Assembly: GCA_900553025.1 (NCBI GenBank)
Contig: USBT01000002.1
Location: 4,318 to 68,317, forward strand
Origin: an uncultured Eubacteriales bacterium
GTDB lineage: Bacteria > Bacillota > Clostridia > Peptostreptococcales > Anaerovoracaceae
Direction: 5' to 3'
DNA: 64,000 bases
This document shows positions 18,391-28,745 of this stretch, piece after piece. The stretch's first letter is position 1. Each line of letters starts with the position of its first letter. Both the position numbers and the translations under genes were made by a program. The notes below the pieces were generated by a model. It saw nothing but the letters and a program-made list of their open reading frames with translations. It did not search any database and was not told the origin of the DNA.

Positions 18391-20382
18391 ATGATTCACA
18401 TAGAAAAAAATAAAACTGGAAACATCAGTAAAAACAGGATCGCATTCCTGTTTGTTTGCGTGATGTTAGTTTTGATGTTTCTTGTTTTTCGGCTAGCGTG
18501 GGTGCAGGTAATCAATGCCGATGAATATAGAGATAGGGCTGTAAGACAACAAAAAGGTGATGTGCCAATTGAAGCAAAGCGAGGCACAATATATGACAGA
18601 AATGGGAAACCACTGGCTGCCAGCGTTATGTCATATAATGTTTGGGTGAGGCCGCAGATTGTCAAAAGGGAATATAAAGGGGCTAAGCTCGATGACTTGT
18701 CAGAAAAAATTGCGTCTATAACGGGAGATGACAAGGAAGATATCTTGGATGTTTTGAACTCCAAGAAATCTCTACTTAATATGAGTAAATATCTTGAAAA
18801 AAGTCAGCTTGATAAATTGAAGGAACTTCAAATCCCTAGTATGCAGGTTGCTGAAGCAAGCAGACGTTCGTATCCAATGGGCGAGTTTGCTTCACATTTA
18901 CTGGGCAGCGTAAATACTGATAATCAAGGTAGAAGTGGGCTAGAGCTTGAATATGATAAATATCTTAGTGGTGTAGCTGGCAGATGGATAAGGAGTGGAG
19001 ATGTCCACGGAGATCCACTAACCTTTGGATCTGAATCGTATTTTGAAGCAGAGGATGGTTTGAATGTTGTCACCACAATAGATGAAGTTTTGCAACACTA
19101 TCTTGAAACATCTATAAATAATGGGTATAAAAAATACACTCCTGAGAGCGTTCAAGCTGTTGTTATGGATCCTAAAACTGGAGATGTTCTTGCGATGGCT
19201 ACAGCACCTGGTTTTGACCCAAACAAGCCCTCGCTCCCTTTAGACCCTGAAGAAAAGAAAAAATTTAATAAAATGAGCGACACCGAAAGAGCGGATTATC
19301 TCAGCAGATTATGGACAAATCCAGTTGTAAGCAGTCTTTATGAACCAGGTTCAACTTTTAAGACCATAACAATATCAGCAGCTCTTGAAGAAGGGCTGTC
19401 AACTCCAGATGAGCACTTTTATTGCGGTGGTTCGGTAAACGTTGCGGATAGAACAATACATTGCTATAACAAAACTGCTCATGGCGACGAAACACTAGAA
19501 GAAGCTCTTGCAAATTCTTGTAATATAGTTATGGTGGCACTGGAACAGAGGCTTGGTGGAGAAAGGTTTTATAAATACTTAGATCTATTTGGAATGACTG
19601 AAAAAACAGGAATTGACTTACCAGGAGAAGCCTATCCTCTCGTGCCTGCACTTGAATCTGTAAGTGAAGTGACAAGATCTAACCTGGCTTTTGGACAGGG
19701 AATGGCAGTAACACCAATAGAAATGTGTCAAGCTATCTCAGCTATAGGCAATGAAGGTATTTTACTCAAGCCGAGGGTGGTTAAAGAGCTGACAGATAAA
19801 AATGGAAAGGTTGTAAAGAAATTCCCTGTTGAGGTTAAGAAAAAGGCTATATCAAAATCTACTGCCCAAGAAACTATAGCGGCAATGGAGCTTATGGCCC
19901 AGAAGAATGGCCGCACAGTAGTGATTCCAGGCGTTAGGATTGCCGCCAAAACAGGTACCGCTCAAAAGCCAATTAACGGCGTATATTCTGACAAAATATA
20001 TGGCTCAATGGTATGCTTGGCGCCAGCAGAAGATCCAAAGCTTGCAATAATCATAATGGTAGATGCTCCTGCGCCTGGTTTGTTCGCTGTTACAACCGCA
20101 GGACCTATGATTAAGGAATTCTTTGAGAAAGCCTTCCCTTATATGGGAATTGAACCGAAATTAACAGATGAAGAGAAAGAAAAACTCAGCAAAACACAGA
20201 AAACCGTTCCTTCAGTTTCGGGAAAGACTATAAAAGAAGCTAAGGAGATACTTCAAAACGAAGGACTAAATTATAATATTGTGGAGGACCCTGGAGATGA
20301 TAGTGTGACGGTAAAGACACAGCATCCTATGCCAGGCAACAAAATAAACAACACAGAAAGCGTATATCTATATATAAATTGA
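18391..20382 (+). CDS. Class B penicillin-binding protein (FtsI/SpoVD type) with C-terminal PASTA domain
   Basis: RGTIYDRNG, GRSGLE..YD..L.G, EPGSTFK (SxxK), SCN (SxN), KTGTAQK and a C-terminal VPSVSGK PASTA domain. Confidence 0.93.
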   Translation: MIHIEKNKTGNISKNRIAFLFVCVMLVLMFLVFRLAWVQVINADEYRDRAVRQQKGDVPIEAKRGTIYDRNGKPLAASVMSYNVWVRPQIVKREYKGAKLDDLSEKIASITGDDKEDILDVLNSKKSLLNMSKYLEKSQLDKLKELQIPSMQVAEASRRSYPMGEFASHLLGSVNTDNQGRSGLELEYDKYLSGVAGRWIRSGDVHGDPLTFGSESYFEAEDGLNVVTTIDEVLQHYLETSINNGYKKYTPESVQAVVMDPKTGDVLAMATAPGFDPNKPSLPLDPEEKKKFNKMSDTERADYLSRLWTNPVVSSLYEPGSTFKTITISAALEEGLSTPDEHFYCGGSVNVADRTIHCYNKTAHGDETLEEALANSCNIVMVALEQRLGGERFYKYLDLFGMTEKTGIDLPGEAYPLVPALESVSEVTRSNLAFGQGMAVTPIEMCQAISAIGNEGILLKPRVVKELTDKNGKVVKKFPVEVKKKAISKSTAQETIAAMELMAQKNGRTVVIPGVRIAAKTGTAQKPINGVYSDKIYGSMVCLAPAEDPKLAIIIMVDAPAPGLFAVTTAGPMIKEFFEKAFPYMGIEPKLTDEEKEKLSKTQKTVPSVSGKTIKEAKEILQNEGLNYNIVEDPGDDSVTVKTQHPMPGNKINNTESVYLYIN

Positions 20383-20420
20383 CCAAGCTATAATTGATGT
20401 GTAAAGTATATGGAGAAAAA

Positions 20421-21872
20421 ATGAAATTTAATATCCAAGAATGCAGCAAAGCTATGAATGCTCAAATATACACCTCGGACGGACCTGAAGGATTTGAAAA
20501 AGTGTTCATAGATTCAAGAGAGTTGATTAATTTTCAAAATGAATCAAATAATCAGGAGAGTATAGCCTTTTTTGCTATTGTTGGAGAAACCCACGATGCA
20601 CATAAATTTGTTGAAGAAGTCGTAGAAGGCGGCTGTCAAACAGTATTTCTCAGTAATCAAAAAGTTGCAGAAAAAGCTTCTCTATATGCTAGGAAAATAT
20701 CAAAAAATATTAACGTTATTTTGGTTGAAGATACAACAGAAGCTCTTTCAAATTTAGCTGAATATCATCTAAATAGAATTAATCCAAAAAAAATTGCAAT
20801 AACTGGTAGCATGGGAAAAACGACTACCAGAGATATGGTTTACGCAGTTTCTGAAAGCAAATACAAGACTGGCAAACCAATTAAAAACTACAATAGCCTT
20901 ATAGGGGTAAGCATGACCGTTCTTGAATATGCTATGGATGTTGAAGTAGCGGTGATTGAAATAGGTATGGAAAGCCTAGGTGAAATTCACAAAATAGTCA
21001 AATGGGTAAAACCTGACATAAGTATAATAACCTACATAGGGCTTACTCATTTGGAGCAGCTTGGTAGTCAAGAAAACATTTACAAGGCGAAGATGGAAAT
21101 TACAGACTTTCTTGAGAAAGATGACCTTCTCATAATCAATCAAGATTCACCTTTGCTCAACAAAAACACTATCGTAGGTCAATACGACATAATATCAGTT
21201 GGCAGTTCAGAAGATTGCGACTATAGAATTTCAGATTGCCACGATTATGGACAAAGAGGAATCGCTTTCAAGCTTGGATTCTTAGAAGACAACAAAACAG
21301 TCGATATTGATTTGCCAATTCCAGGTGCTCACAACAGATATAATGCGACACTTGCAATAGCTGCAGGAGAAGCCATTGGGATAAAGCCAAAGGATGCTGT
21401 GAAGGCGCTTCATAAACTTAGACGAACAGGCATGAGGCTTGAATTTAAAGACAATGGCGTTATTAGGGTTATGGATGACAGTTACAGTTCATTTCCGGAA
21501 GCCGTTAGGAGTGCAATTGATACACTTGTAAGCACCGAAGCTAGACGCAGAGTAGCAATTCTAGCAGGTATGAATGGATGGGCGGACATCTCAAGAAAGG
21601 TACATAGAGATGTCGGTGAATATGTAGTAGAAAAAAACTTGGATATGCTTATATGTGTTGGACAACATACTGATGATATGGCGTCTGCCGCCTTTCGTAA
21701 AGCTAGAGAAGATAACAAGCAGTGCAAGGTAATTTTTGTGTCGGAGAAAGATATTTTGTTCAAGTTACTTCCATCGCTTATTGAGCCTGAAGATTTGATT
21801 CTGGTCAAGGGATCCAGAATGTACGCAATGGAGGAAGTTGTAGATAAATTGCTTGGTATTTTCAGCATATAA
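20421..21872 (+). CDS. murF: UDP-MurNAc-tripeptide:D-Ala-D-Ala ligase (divergent)
   Basis: IDSR, DAHKF, ITGSMGKTTT, EIGM...GEI, HLEQLGS.ENI.KAK.EI, PGAHN..NA and LVKGSR; dcw position before mraY. Confidence 0.88.
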   Translation: MKFNIQECSKAMNAQIYTSDGPEGFEKVFIDSRELINFQNESNNQESIAFFAIVGETHDAHKFVEEVVEGGCQTVFLSNQKVAEKASLYARKISKNINVILVEDTTEALSNLAEYHLNRINPKKIAITGSMGKTTTRDMVYAVSESKYKTGKPIKNYNSLIGVSMTVLEYAMDVEVAVIEIGMESLGEIHKIVKWVKPDISIITYIGLTHLEQLGSQENIYKAKMEITDFLEKDDLLIINQDSPLLNKNTIVGQYDIISVGSSEDCDYRISDCHDYGQRGIAFKLGFLEDNKTVDIDLPIPGAHNRYNATLAIAAGEAIGIKPKDAVKALHKLRRTGMRLEFKDNGVIRVMDDSYSSFPEAVRSAIDTLVSTEARRRVAILAGMNGWADISRKVHRDVGEYVVEKNLDMLICVGQHTDDMASAAFRKAREDNKQCKVIFVSEKDILFKLLPSLIEPEDLILVKGSRMYAMEEVVDKLLGIFSI

Positions 21873-21938
21873 GTATTATTTAGGAGTTTCGGCATTGAAT
21901 CAACATAAAAAAAATTAGAAATGTGAAAGAGGTTTGAT

Positions 21939-22916
21939 ATGTACCAATCATATTCGTTTTATACAATCTGTATAGCGTGTATAGCGTGTGGGGCATTGAT
22001 GAGTGCAATTTATACGTTGAGGCTAATCTTAAGGCTAAGGACAGAACAATTCGGGCAATTCATAAGGGAAGATGGCCCAAAGGCTCATCTATCAAAGCAG
22101 GGAACACCAACTATGGGTGGAATCGCAATATTTGTAACTATTGCTCTCTGCTCGTGGATTTTTGCGGAGAATAAGTTGCAATGTTTAATTATGGTTTTAG
22201 TTTCCTTCTTATTCGGAATGATTGGATTCCTGGACGACTATCTTAAGGTTGCAAAGAAACAAAATTTAGGTCTGAATGCTTGGCAGAAGCTGGCGCTGCA
22301 AATTTTATTCGGGATATTCATCGCGGTGTATATGCTCAAATTTAGTGGTCACGGCTCTGAAATTTGGGTGCCTTTTTATAATGATTTTGTCGATATGGGA
22401 GTGCTGTTTGTACCCTTTGTTGTTTTTATCATGGTAGCTATGGTGAACTCTGTTAATTTAACCGATGGGCTTGACGGGCTTTCGTCAGGGGTTACGACTC
22501 TAGTGTGCATATTTTTTGGCTTTTTAGCAATTAAATTTGACGAGGGGACTACTGCAATATTTGCTTTTGTGACAGCCGGTGCTTGCCTAGGTTTCTTATT
22601 TCACAATAGATATCCTGCGAAAATATTCATGGGCGATACGGGCTCAATGACGCTTGGCGGTGCTGTTGCTGTTATGGCTATAATGATGAGGGCAGAACTA
22701 TTCCTTCCTATAGCGGGATTGATTTACGTGCTTGAGGCTTTGTCCGTTATAATTCAGGTTGGATCGTATAAACTGAGAAAAAAGAGAGTTTTCAGGATGG
22801 CACCTATACATCATCACTTCGAGCTGGGGGGGATGAAAGAATACAATGTTGTTTACATGTTTTGGGCGATTACGGGTGTGGCATGCATTATAGCATATTG
22901 CAGCACACTGATATAG
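21939..22916 (+). CDS. mraY: Phospho-N-acetylmuramoyl-pentapeptide transferase
   Basis: GQFIREDGP..H..K.GTPTMGG, GFLDDY.K, NSVNLTDGLDGL, FMGDTGS and MAPIHHHFEL. Confidence 0.97.
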   Translation: MYQSYSFYTICIACIACGALMSAIYTLRLILRLRTEQFGQFIREDGPKAHLSKQGTPTMGGIAIFVTIALCSWIFAENKLQCLIMVLVSFLFGMIGFLDDYLKVAKKQNLGLNAWQKLALQILFGIFIAVYMLKFSGHGSEIWVPFYNDFVDMGVLFVPFVVFIMVAMVNSVNLTDGLDGLSSGVTTLVCIFFGFLAIKFDEGTTAIFAFVTAGACLGFLFHNRYPAKIFMGDTGSMTLGGAVAVMAIMMRAELFLPIAGLIYVLEALSVIIQVGSYKLRKKRVFRMAPIHHHFELGGMKEYNVVYMFWAITGVACIIAYCSTLI

Positions 22917-22978
22917 ATTTAAACTGATAGATTGAGAGAAATACTGACGAAGTAAAATTGGCCGTTAGGAGGCTAAAT

Positions 22979-24367
22979 ATGAATAGTAATACAGATATAT
23001 ATAGATTCAATCTGAAAGAAAAGAAAATTCTAGTTGTTGGGCTTGGCAGAAGTGGAATTGCGGCATCGCAGGTGCTTTGCCATCTTGGAGCAAGGGTATG
23101 GGTTCAAGACAACAAAATAGCTGACCAGATAGATGGACAACTGCTTTCTTTTTTTAAAAATTCAGGGGTTGGAATGTATCTTGGAGTAGAACCTCCATTA
23201 GATGAGATTTATGATTTTATTGTGGTAAGTCCAGGTGTGGACCCAAATCTCCCGTGGATTTCGAGATTAAAAGATAATGGATGTGAAGTCATAGGTGAAC
23301 TGGAACTTGCATATAGAATGAGCAATGCCCATTTTGTTGTAATCACAGGGACTAATGGTAAAACTACAACTACCACTCTTACTGGTGAAATTTTTCGAAA
23401 GGCCGGGATGAAAACGCATGTTGTTGGAAACATCGGGACCGCGGTTATAACTGAATCTACAGAAGCTTCTGAAGATGACTGGATGATAACTGAGGCTTCG
23501 AGTTTTCAACTTGAAACAACGGTGGACTTCAAACCTCATGTTGCAGCTCTTTTGAATTTGACACCTGACCACCTTAATAGACACAAAACAATGGAAACTT
23601 ATGGCAAGGCGAAGGCCAAAGCTTTTCAGAATCAGACAAAGGATGATTTTGCTGTTGTCAATGCTGACGATGAAACCTGTGTGAAGCTGGCAAGAGAATA
23701 TGCGGGTCATCTTGTGCTTTTTAGCAGTAGACACACCGATGGTGTCAACTGTTTTGTTGAGAATGAATGGATTAAGATACAGAATTTATCTGATGAAATT
23801 ATCGAAGTAATGCCTGTTGAGGAAATAAAACTGGTTGGAACACATAATCTTGAAAACGTCCTTGCGTCAATTGCAATTGCATATTTCTCAGGAATAGATA
23901 TATCTGATATAAGATCTGCGATTGAAGCATTTAAGGGTGTTGAGCATAGAATGGAACCTGTTGGCGTGATTGACGGTGTTCATTATTATAATGATTCCAA
24001 GGGAACCAACACGGATGCTACTATTACAGCACTGAGGGCACTTTCAGGGAATATTATATTAATTGCTGGTGGAGATGCAAAGGGACAGGACTTTTCGTCC
24101 TTAGCTAGGGAGTTTAAAGATAAGGTCAAGGCACTTGTGCTACTAGGTCGAGATAGAGAGGATATTGCAAAGGCTGCCAGGGCCATAGGGTTTGACAAAA
24201 TATATGAAGAGAAAACGATGAAGGACTGTGTTTTTAAAGCGGCTTCGCTAGCACGCGACGGAGATAATGTACTACTTTCGCCTGCGTGCGCTAGTTGGGA
24301 TATGTATGATAATTTTGAACAAAGAGGAAATGACTTTAAGTCCTGGGTTGATGCTATGCAGAAATAG
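22979..24367 (+). CDS. murD: UDP-MurNAc-L-Ala:D-Glu ligase
   Basis: GLGRSG, VSPG, ITGTNGKTTT, SSFQL, PDHLNRH, YNDSKGTN and LLSPACASWD. Start at the ATG after AGGAGG. Confidence 0.97.
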   Translation: MNSNTDIYRFNLKEKKILVVGLGRSGIAASQVLCHLGARVWVQDNKIADQIDGQLLSFFKNSGVGMYLGVEPPLDEIYDFIVVSPGVDPNLPWISRLKDNGCEVIGELELAYRMSNAHFVVITGTNGKTTTTTLTGEIFRKAGMKTHVVGNIGTAVITESTEASEDDWMITEASSFQLETTVDFKPHVAALLNLTPDHLNRHKTMETYGKAKAKAFQNQTKDDFAVVNADDETCVKLAREYAGHLVLFSSRHTDGVNCFVENEWIKIQNLSDEIIEVMPVEEIKLVGTHNLENVLASIAIAYFSGIDISDIRSAIEAFKGVEHRMEPVGVIDGVHYYNDSKGTNTDATITALRALSGNIILIAGGDAKGQDFSSLAREFKDKVKALVLLGRDREDIAKAARAIGFDKIYEEKTMKDCVFKAASLARDGDNVLLSPACASWDMYDNFEQRGNDFKSWVDAMQK

Positions 24368-24379
24368 TATGAGGGGAAT

Positions 24380-25534
24380 ATGGGAAGAACCAAACTGTTT
24401 ATCACAAAAAGAATAGGACCAATGGATTTTCCATTGATGATTACCACTTTGCTTCTTGTGCTTATTGGAGTAGTGGCTGTTTTTAGTGCGAGCTTTTATA
24501 GTTCAATAAGTGAATCTGGATCGCCATATGGATTTGCGATAAAACAGGTAGTTTTTGCTATTATTGGGCTAATCTGTATGATTTTGTCAACCAAAATGAA
24601 CTATCACGTTTGGAGAACTTTTTCTATACCTATACTAGGCATTAGTTTCTTCCTTTTGTTTATTGTTATTGCTGGCGTAGGTAGCACTGTCAACGGTGCG
24701 ACAAGATGGATTAGAATTTTTGGCTTTTCCTTGATGCCAGGTGAAATCAGTAAATTCAGCATGATTATAGCAACAGCGGCATATGTATCTGCAAAGCCGA
24801 GCAGAGTCAATACTGTGAAGGGTCTTTCGCCTATTATCATATGCCTAGGGCTCGCTTGTTATTTAATAATGAAGCAACCGAGCCTCTCTATTGCAGCGAC
24901 TCTTGCTGTTATCGTAATGTTCATGTTAATAGTGGCGGGTCTTAATAGGGTGTTTTTAATCGGAGGTGGAGCGCTTTTTGCTGTCGCACTTATTTTTGCT
25001 ATAATTGGAGATAGAGATGGGTATAGGTTCGCTAGGGTAACAGGCTTTTTACACCCATTTAAGGATGCGTCTGGTGATTCGTTTCAGGTGGTTCAATCGC
25101 TAATGGCATTAGGAAGCGGTGGAATCTTCGGTGTTGGAATAGGGAAAAGCATACAAAAAACGATGTATCTACCCGAACCACATAATGACTTTATCATGGC
25201 AATAATAGGTGAAGAGGTTGGATTTGTGGGCTTGCTGGTTGTCATAATTCTTTATGTAATCTTAATATGGAGAGGGGTTATTATTGCAATTAATGCGCCA
25301 GATTTATTTGGGACTTTGCTTGCAACTGGGATTGTATCAATGGTATCTACACAGGTTGTATTTAATATAGGCGTTGTAACTTCTAGTTTACCAGCCACAG
25401 GGGTTGCTATGCCTTACATAAGCTACGGCGGAAACGCATTGATAATTTTTATGACGTGTTCGGGAATACTTTTGAACATATCTAAAAAAAGAACTATAGA
25501 GAGAAATTATACAGTCGAAAAATACATTGTTTAG
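24380..25534 (+). CDS. ftsW: SEDS peptidoglycan polymerase (FtsW/SpoVE)
   Basis: NGATRWI, PGEISK, QSLMALGSGG.FG.G.GKS.QK..YLPEPHNDFI.AIIGEE.G and PYISYGG. Confidence 0.9.
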   Translation: MGRTKLFITKRIGPMDFPLMITTLLLVLIGVVAVFSASFYSSISESGSPYGFAIKQVVFAIIGLICMILSTKMNYHVWRTFSIPILGISFFLLFIVIAGVGSTVNGATRWIRIFGFSLMPGEISKFSMIIATAAYVSAKPSRVNTVKGLSPIIICLGLACYLIMKQPSLSIAATLAVIVMFMLIVAGLNRVFLIGGGALFAVALIFAIIGDRDGYRFARVTGFLHPFKDASGDSFQVVQSLMALGSGGIFGVGIGKSIQKTMYLPEPHNDFIMAIIGEEVGFVGLLVVIILYVILIWRGVIIAINAPDLFGTLLATGIVSMVSTQVVFNIGVVTSSLPATGVAMPYISYGGNALIIFMTCSGILLNISKKRTIERNYTVEKYIV

Positions 25535-25616
25535 TAAAAAGTTAAGTAAAAATGACTTTTGTAAATTGTGATTATTTATTAGAGTTTAGAAATTAGAATT
25601 GTGTGGAGCAATACGT

Positions 25617-26714
25617 ATGAGAGCTATAATTAGCGGAGGCGGTTCAGGTGGACACATTTTCCCTGCACTTGCAATAGCTGACAAAATAATGGAAAAAGAT
25701 CCCGCTTCTGACATCCTTTATATAGGCATGAATATGACGATGGAAGGGAAAATAGTTCCAGAGCACGGATATAAGTTTGAACAAATTCCAGGAAGGTGGT
25801 TTGAAAAGAGCCCACTCGGGATGCTTAAATTGAGCTATGCTGTTTTGAAAGGCATTACAAAGAGTCGCAAGATTATAAGAAAGTTTGAACCAGATTGCGT
25901 TATAGGAACAGGTGGGTATGTATCCTTTCCAGTTATAATAGCTTCAAGACTGGAGAAGGTTCCATGCTATATACATGAACAAAATGCATTTCCAGGTTCT
26001 GCAAACAGAAATCTAGAAAGGTTTGTCAACAAAGTTTTTTTAGCATATCCTGAAGCGACATCGTATTTTAAACAACCACAAAAGCATGTTTATACTGGAA
26101 ACCCTGTAAGAAAAGAATTTTTTACGATTGATAAAGAAAAAGCGCGTAAGAGCCTTGGTATAGATAAAGATAGTTTTCATATTCTGATGATGGGAGGAAG
26201 TCTTGGCGCTAGAGCAATAAATCTTCTAGCGAAAGGAATAATAGATTGGATTAAGGATGAATCTGAATACAGTCTATCGTTCATAACAGGAAGTGGAAAC
26301 TACGAAGAAATTAAAAAAGAACTTTCTGAAAAAGGGCTTTTAGAAAATGAACGAATCAGTATTATGGGGTTTTCTGATCATATGCCTGAACTCATTTCAG
26401 CGGCAGATTTAATAATATGCAGAGCTGGAGCATTAAGCATGAGTGAGATAAATGTTGCAGGTAGACCGTCAATATTGATACCTTTCCCTTGGGCTACTGA
26501 TAACCATCAGTATTATAACGCAAAGTCTGTTGCTGATCGAGGAGGGGCTATTCTAATAGAAGAAAAAGATATTGACATTGAGGAAATTATAGATATTATA
26601 ATAAGATACAAAAATAATCCTGAAGAATTGAGCAAAATGGCAGATTTAAGTTTGAGCTGCAGTTCAGGAGATGCTACGGAGAAGATATGGGATCATATAG
26701 CGAAGAGGCAATAA
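25617..26714 (+). CDS. murG: Lipid II GlcNAc transferase
   Basis: GGGSGGHIFPALA, GTGGYVS, HEQNA.PG.ANR, TGNPVR, GGSLGA, RAGA and HQYYNA. Confidence 0.97.
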   Translation: MRAIISGGGSGGHIFPALAIADKIMEKDPASDILYIGMNMTMEGKIVPEHGYKFEQIPGRWFEKSPLGMLKLSYAVLKGITKSRKIIRKFEPDCVIGTGGYVSFPVIIASRLEKVPCYIHEQNAFPGSANRNLERFVNKVFLAYPEATSYFKQPQKHVYTGNPVRKEFFTIDKEKARKSLGIDKDSFHILMMGGSLGARAINLLAKGIIDWIKDESEYSLSFITGSGNYEEIKKELSEKGLLENERISIMGFSDHMPELISAADLIICRAGALSMSEINVAGRPSILIPFPWATDNHQYYNAKSVADRGGAILIEEKDIDIEEIIDIIIRYKNNPEELSKMADLSLSCSSGDATEKIWDHIAKRQ

Positions 26715-27475
26715 AGGTCCTTGAAAGCACCAATGTGGTGAAAAAGGAAGTCAAGAGGAAACATCCATTTAGAAATTTTCTTATTTTTGTATGTATATCT
26801 GGGATTATTATATACCTAATGAGTACATCCATTTTTGATATAAAGACAATTAGAGTAAGGGGAAATCATTATTATTCTGAAAAACAGGTGATTACTTTGT
26901 CGGATGCACAGACGGGTGTTAATATCTTTTGGGGTGCTGGTGATAGCAAGATAAAGAATAGACTTAAGAAAGATCCATATTTTGATAATGTTTCAATCAG
27001 AAGGAGGCTCCCTTCAACTCTTGTAATAAAGGTTGAGGAAAGAAAGCAGATTGCAGCTGTTGAGTATGGAGATAAGTATGTTGTGATAGATCCAAAAGGT
27101 GTGGTACTTAGGACAGGCAAAATAGATCCGAAGCTTACTTTGATTTCAGGTCTAAAAATAAGAGAAATGAAAAAAGGACAGGGGCTCAAGGTTAAACAGT
27201 CTAAAAGCTTTGAAAAAACGCTTAAGATGCTAGAAGCAATGGAAAAGGGCGATATATTTTTCAAAAAAACAACATTTGAGGAAGGTCAGAATGCAAATAT
27301 AAGAGCGTATATTCTGGATAATCTTGTAGTAAGAGGAAAACCAGCGTACGTTATGAAAAGACTAAATTCCGGAGATTTACAAAAGGTTGTTAATAATTTG
27401 GTCAAAAATGGGAATGCTAGGGGAACAATATACATAGATGAAAACAATTTTATTACTTTTTCTCCGGATATATAG
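26687..27475 (+). CDS. ftsQ: Cell division protein FtsQ/DivIB
   Basis: Basic N-terminus, TM helix, POTRA domain (FDIKTIRVRGN...PYFDNVSIRRRLPSTLVIKVEER); between murG and ftsZ. Confidence 0.85.
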   Translation: MGSYSEEAIKVLESTNVVKKEVKRKHPFRNFLIFVCISGIIIYLMSTSIFDIKTIRVRGNHYYSEKQVITLSDAQTGVNIFWGAGDSKIKNRLKKDPYFDNVSIRRRLPSTLVIKVEERKQIAAVEYGDKYVVIDPKGVVLRTGKIDPKLTLISGLKIREMKKGQGLKVKQSKSFEKTLKMLEAMEKGDIFFKKTTFEEGQNANIRAYILDNLVVRGKPAYVMKRLNSGDLQKVVNNLVKNGNARGTIYIDENNFITFSPDI

Positions 27476-27536
27476 TGCAAAATTTCAATTATTATGATAA
27501 AATATCCATAATATGGTGCGATAAGGAGGAGCATAT

Positions 27537-28664
27537 ATGATGCAGTTTGAAACAAGTCAGGATAAGGCAGCTGTAATTAAAGTCATAGGCGTTGGTGGCG
27601 GCGGATGTAACGCGGTTAATAGAATGCTTGAAGTTGGCCTTAAGGGCGTGGAGTTCATAGCTGTTAATACTGATAGACAAGCACTTAATAAGTGTAAGGC
27701 TGAACTTAGAATACAGATAGGCGAGAAATTAACAAGAGGGCTAGGAGCTGGTGGTAATCCGCAGATTGGTCAACAGTCAGCGGAAGAAACCATTGATGAT
27801 ATTGCAGATATCATCAAGGGGAGCGACATGGTATTCATAACTGCTGGAATGGGAGGAGGCACAGGAACAGGTGCAGCCCCTATCATTGCAAGAGTAGCAA
27901 AGGATATGGGAATTCTAACAGTTGGAGTTGTTACCAAGCCGTTTTCATTTGAAGGTAGAAAGAGGATGACAGCAGCTGAGATGGGAATCGACTATCTCAA
28001 GGAGTTTGTTGACTCTCTAGTAATAGTTCCTAACGACAAGCTTCTGAGCAATTGCACCAAGAACACATCAATTCTGGAAGCCTTTAGTATGGCTGATGAT
28101 GTTTTGCGACAGGGTGTTCAGGGTATCGCAGATTTGATTTCAGAATTTGCTCTTATTAATGTTGACTTTGCTGATGTTAAGTCTGTAATGACAGATAGGG
28201 GCATAGCTCATATGGGAGTTGGAAAAGGAAGCGGAGAATCAAGGGCACAGGATGCAGTTAGATCTGCTATTGAAAGCCCTCTTCTGGAGACAACTATTGC
28301 AGGCGCAAGAGCTATTTTGTTATATGTATCAGGTGGATATGATCTTGGTATGCTTGAAGTTTCTGAAATTGCAAGCCTTGTTCAGGAACAGGCTGACGAA
28401 CAGGCAATTCTGATATTCGGTGCGGCTGTAAATGAAGATATGGAAGACGAGATTGCTATTACCGTGATCGCAACAGGATTTAATGAAGGTGCTGATAACA
28501 CAATCGACTATAGCAATTTTAATAATAAGGTTCCAAGGAAGGTTGTTACAGACGAAGGTCTTGAGGGAACCGAGACAACTCTTGAGAAATTGTTTGAAGA
28601 ACACGAGGACGACGAAGAAGACGACGATTCAAAATTTGATATACCTACATTCCTGAGCAATTAA
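27537..28664 (+). CDS. ftsZ: Cell division protein FtsZ
   Basis: [26 protein letters not shown] tubulin motif, INVDFADV and C-terminal DIPTFL. Extended -10 TGATAAAAT at 27495-27503. Confidence 0.99.
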   Translation: MMQFETSQDKAAVIKVIGVGGGGCNAVNRMLEVGLKGVEFIAVNTDRQALNKCKAELRIQIGEKLTRGLGAGGNPQIGQQSAEETIDDIADIIKGSDMVFITAGMGGGTGTGAAPIIARVAKDMGILTVGVVTKPFSFEGRKRMTAAEMGIDYLKEFVDSLVIVPNDKLLSNCTKNTSILEAFSMADDVLRQGVQGIADLISEFALINVDFADVKSVMTDRGIAHMGVGKGSGESRAQDAVRSAIESPLLETTIAGARAILLYVSGGYDLGMLEVSEIASLVQEQADEQAILIFGAAVNEDMEDEIAITVIATGFNEGADNTIDYSNFNNKVPRKVVTDEGLEGTETTLEKLFEEHEDDEEDDDSKFDIPTFLSN

Positions 28665-28693
28665 TTCATACGGGAGTTTATAATAGCATTCAG

Positions 28694-28721
28694 AAAGCCG
28701 GTATAATAAGCCGGCTTTTTT
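28694..28721 (+). terminator. Intrinsic terminator after ftsZ
   Basis: aaagccgg-tataataag-ccggcttt followed by more Ts. Confidence 0.75.
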
Positions 28722-28745
28722 AAAAAGTACAAAGCAGGATGTTGT

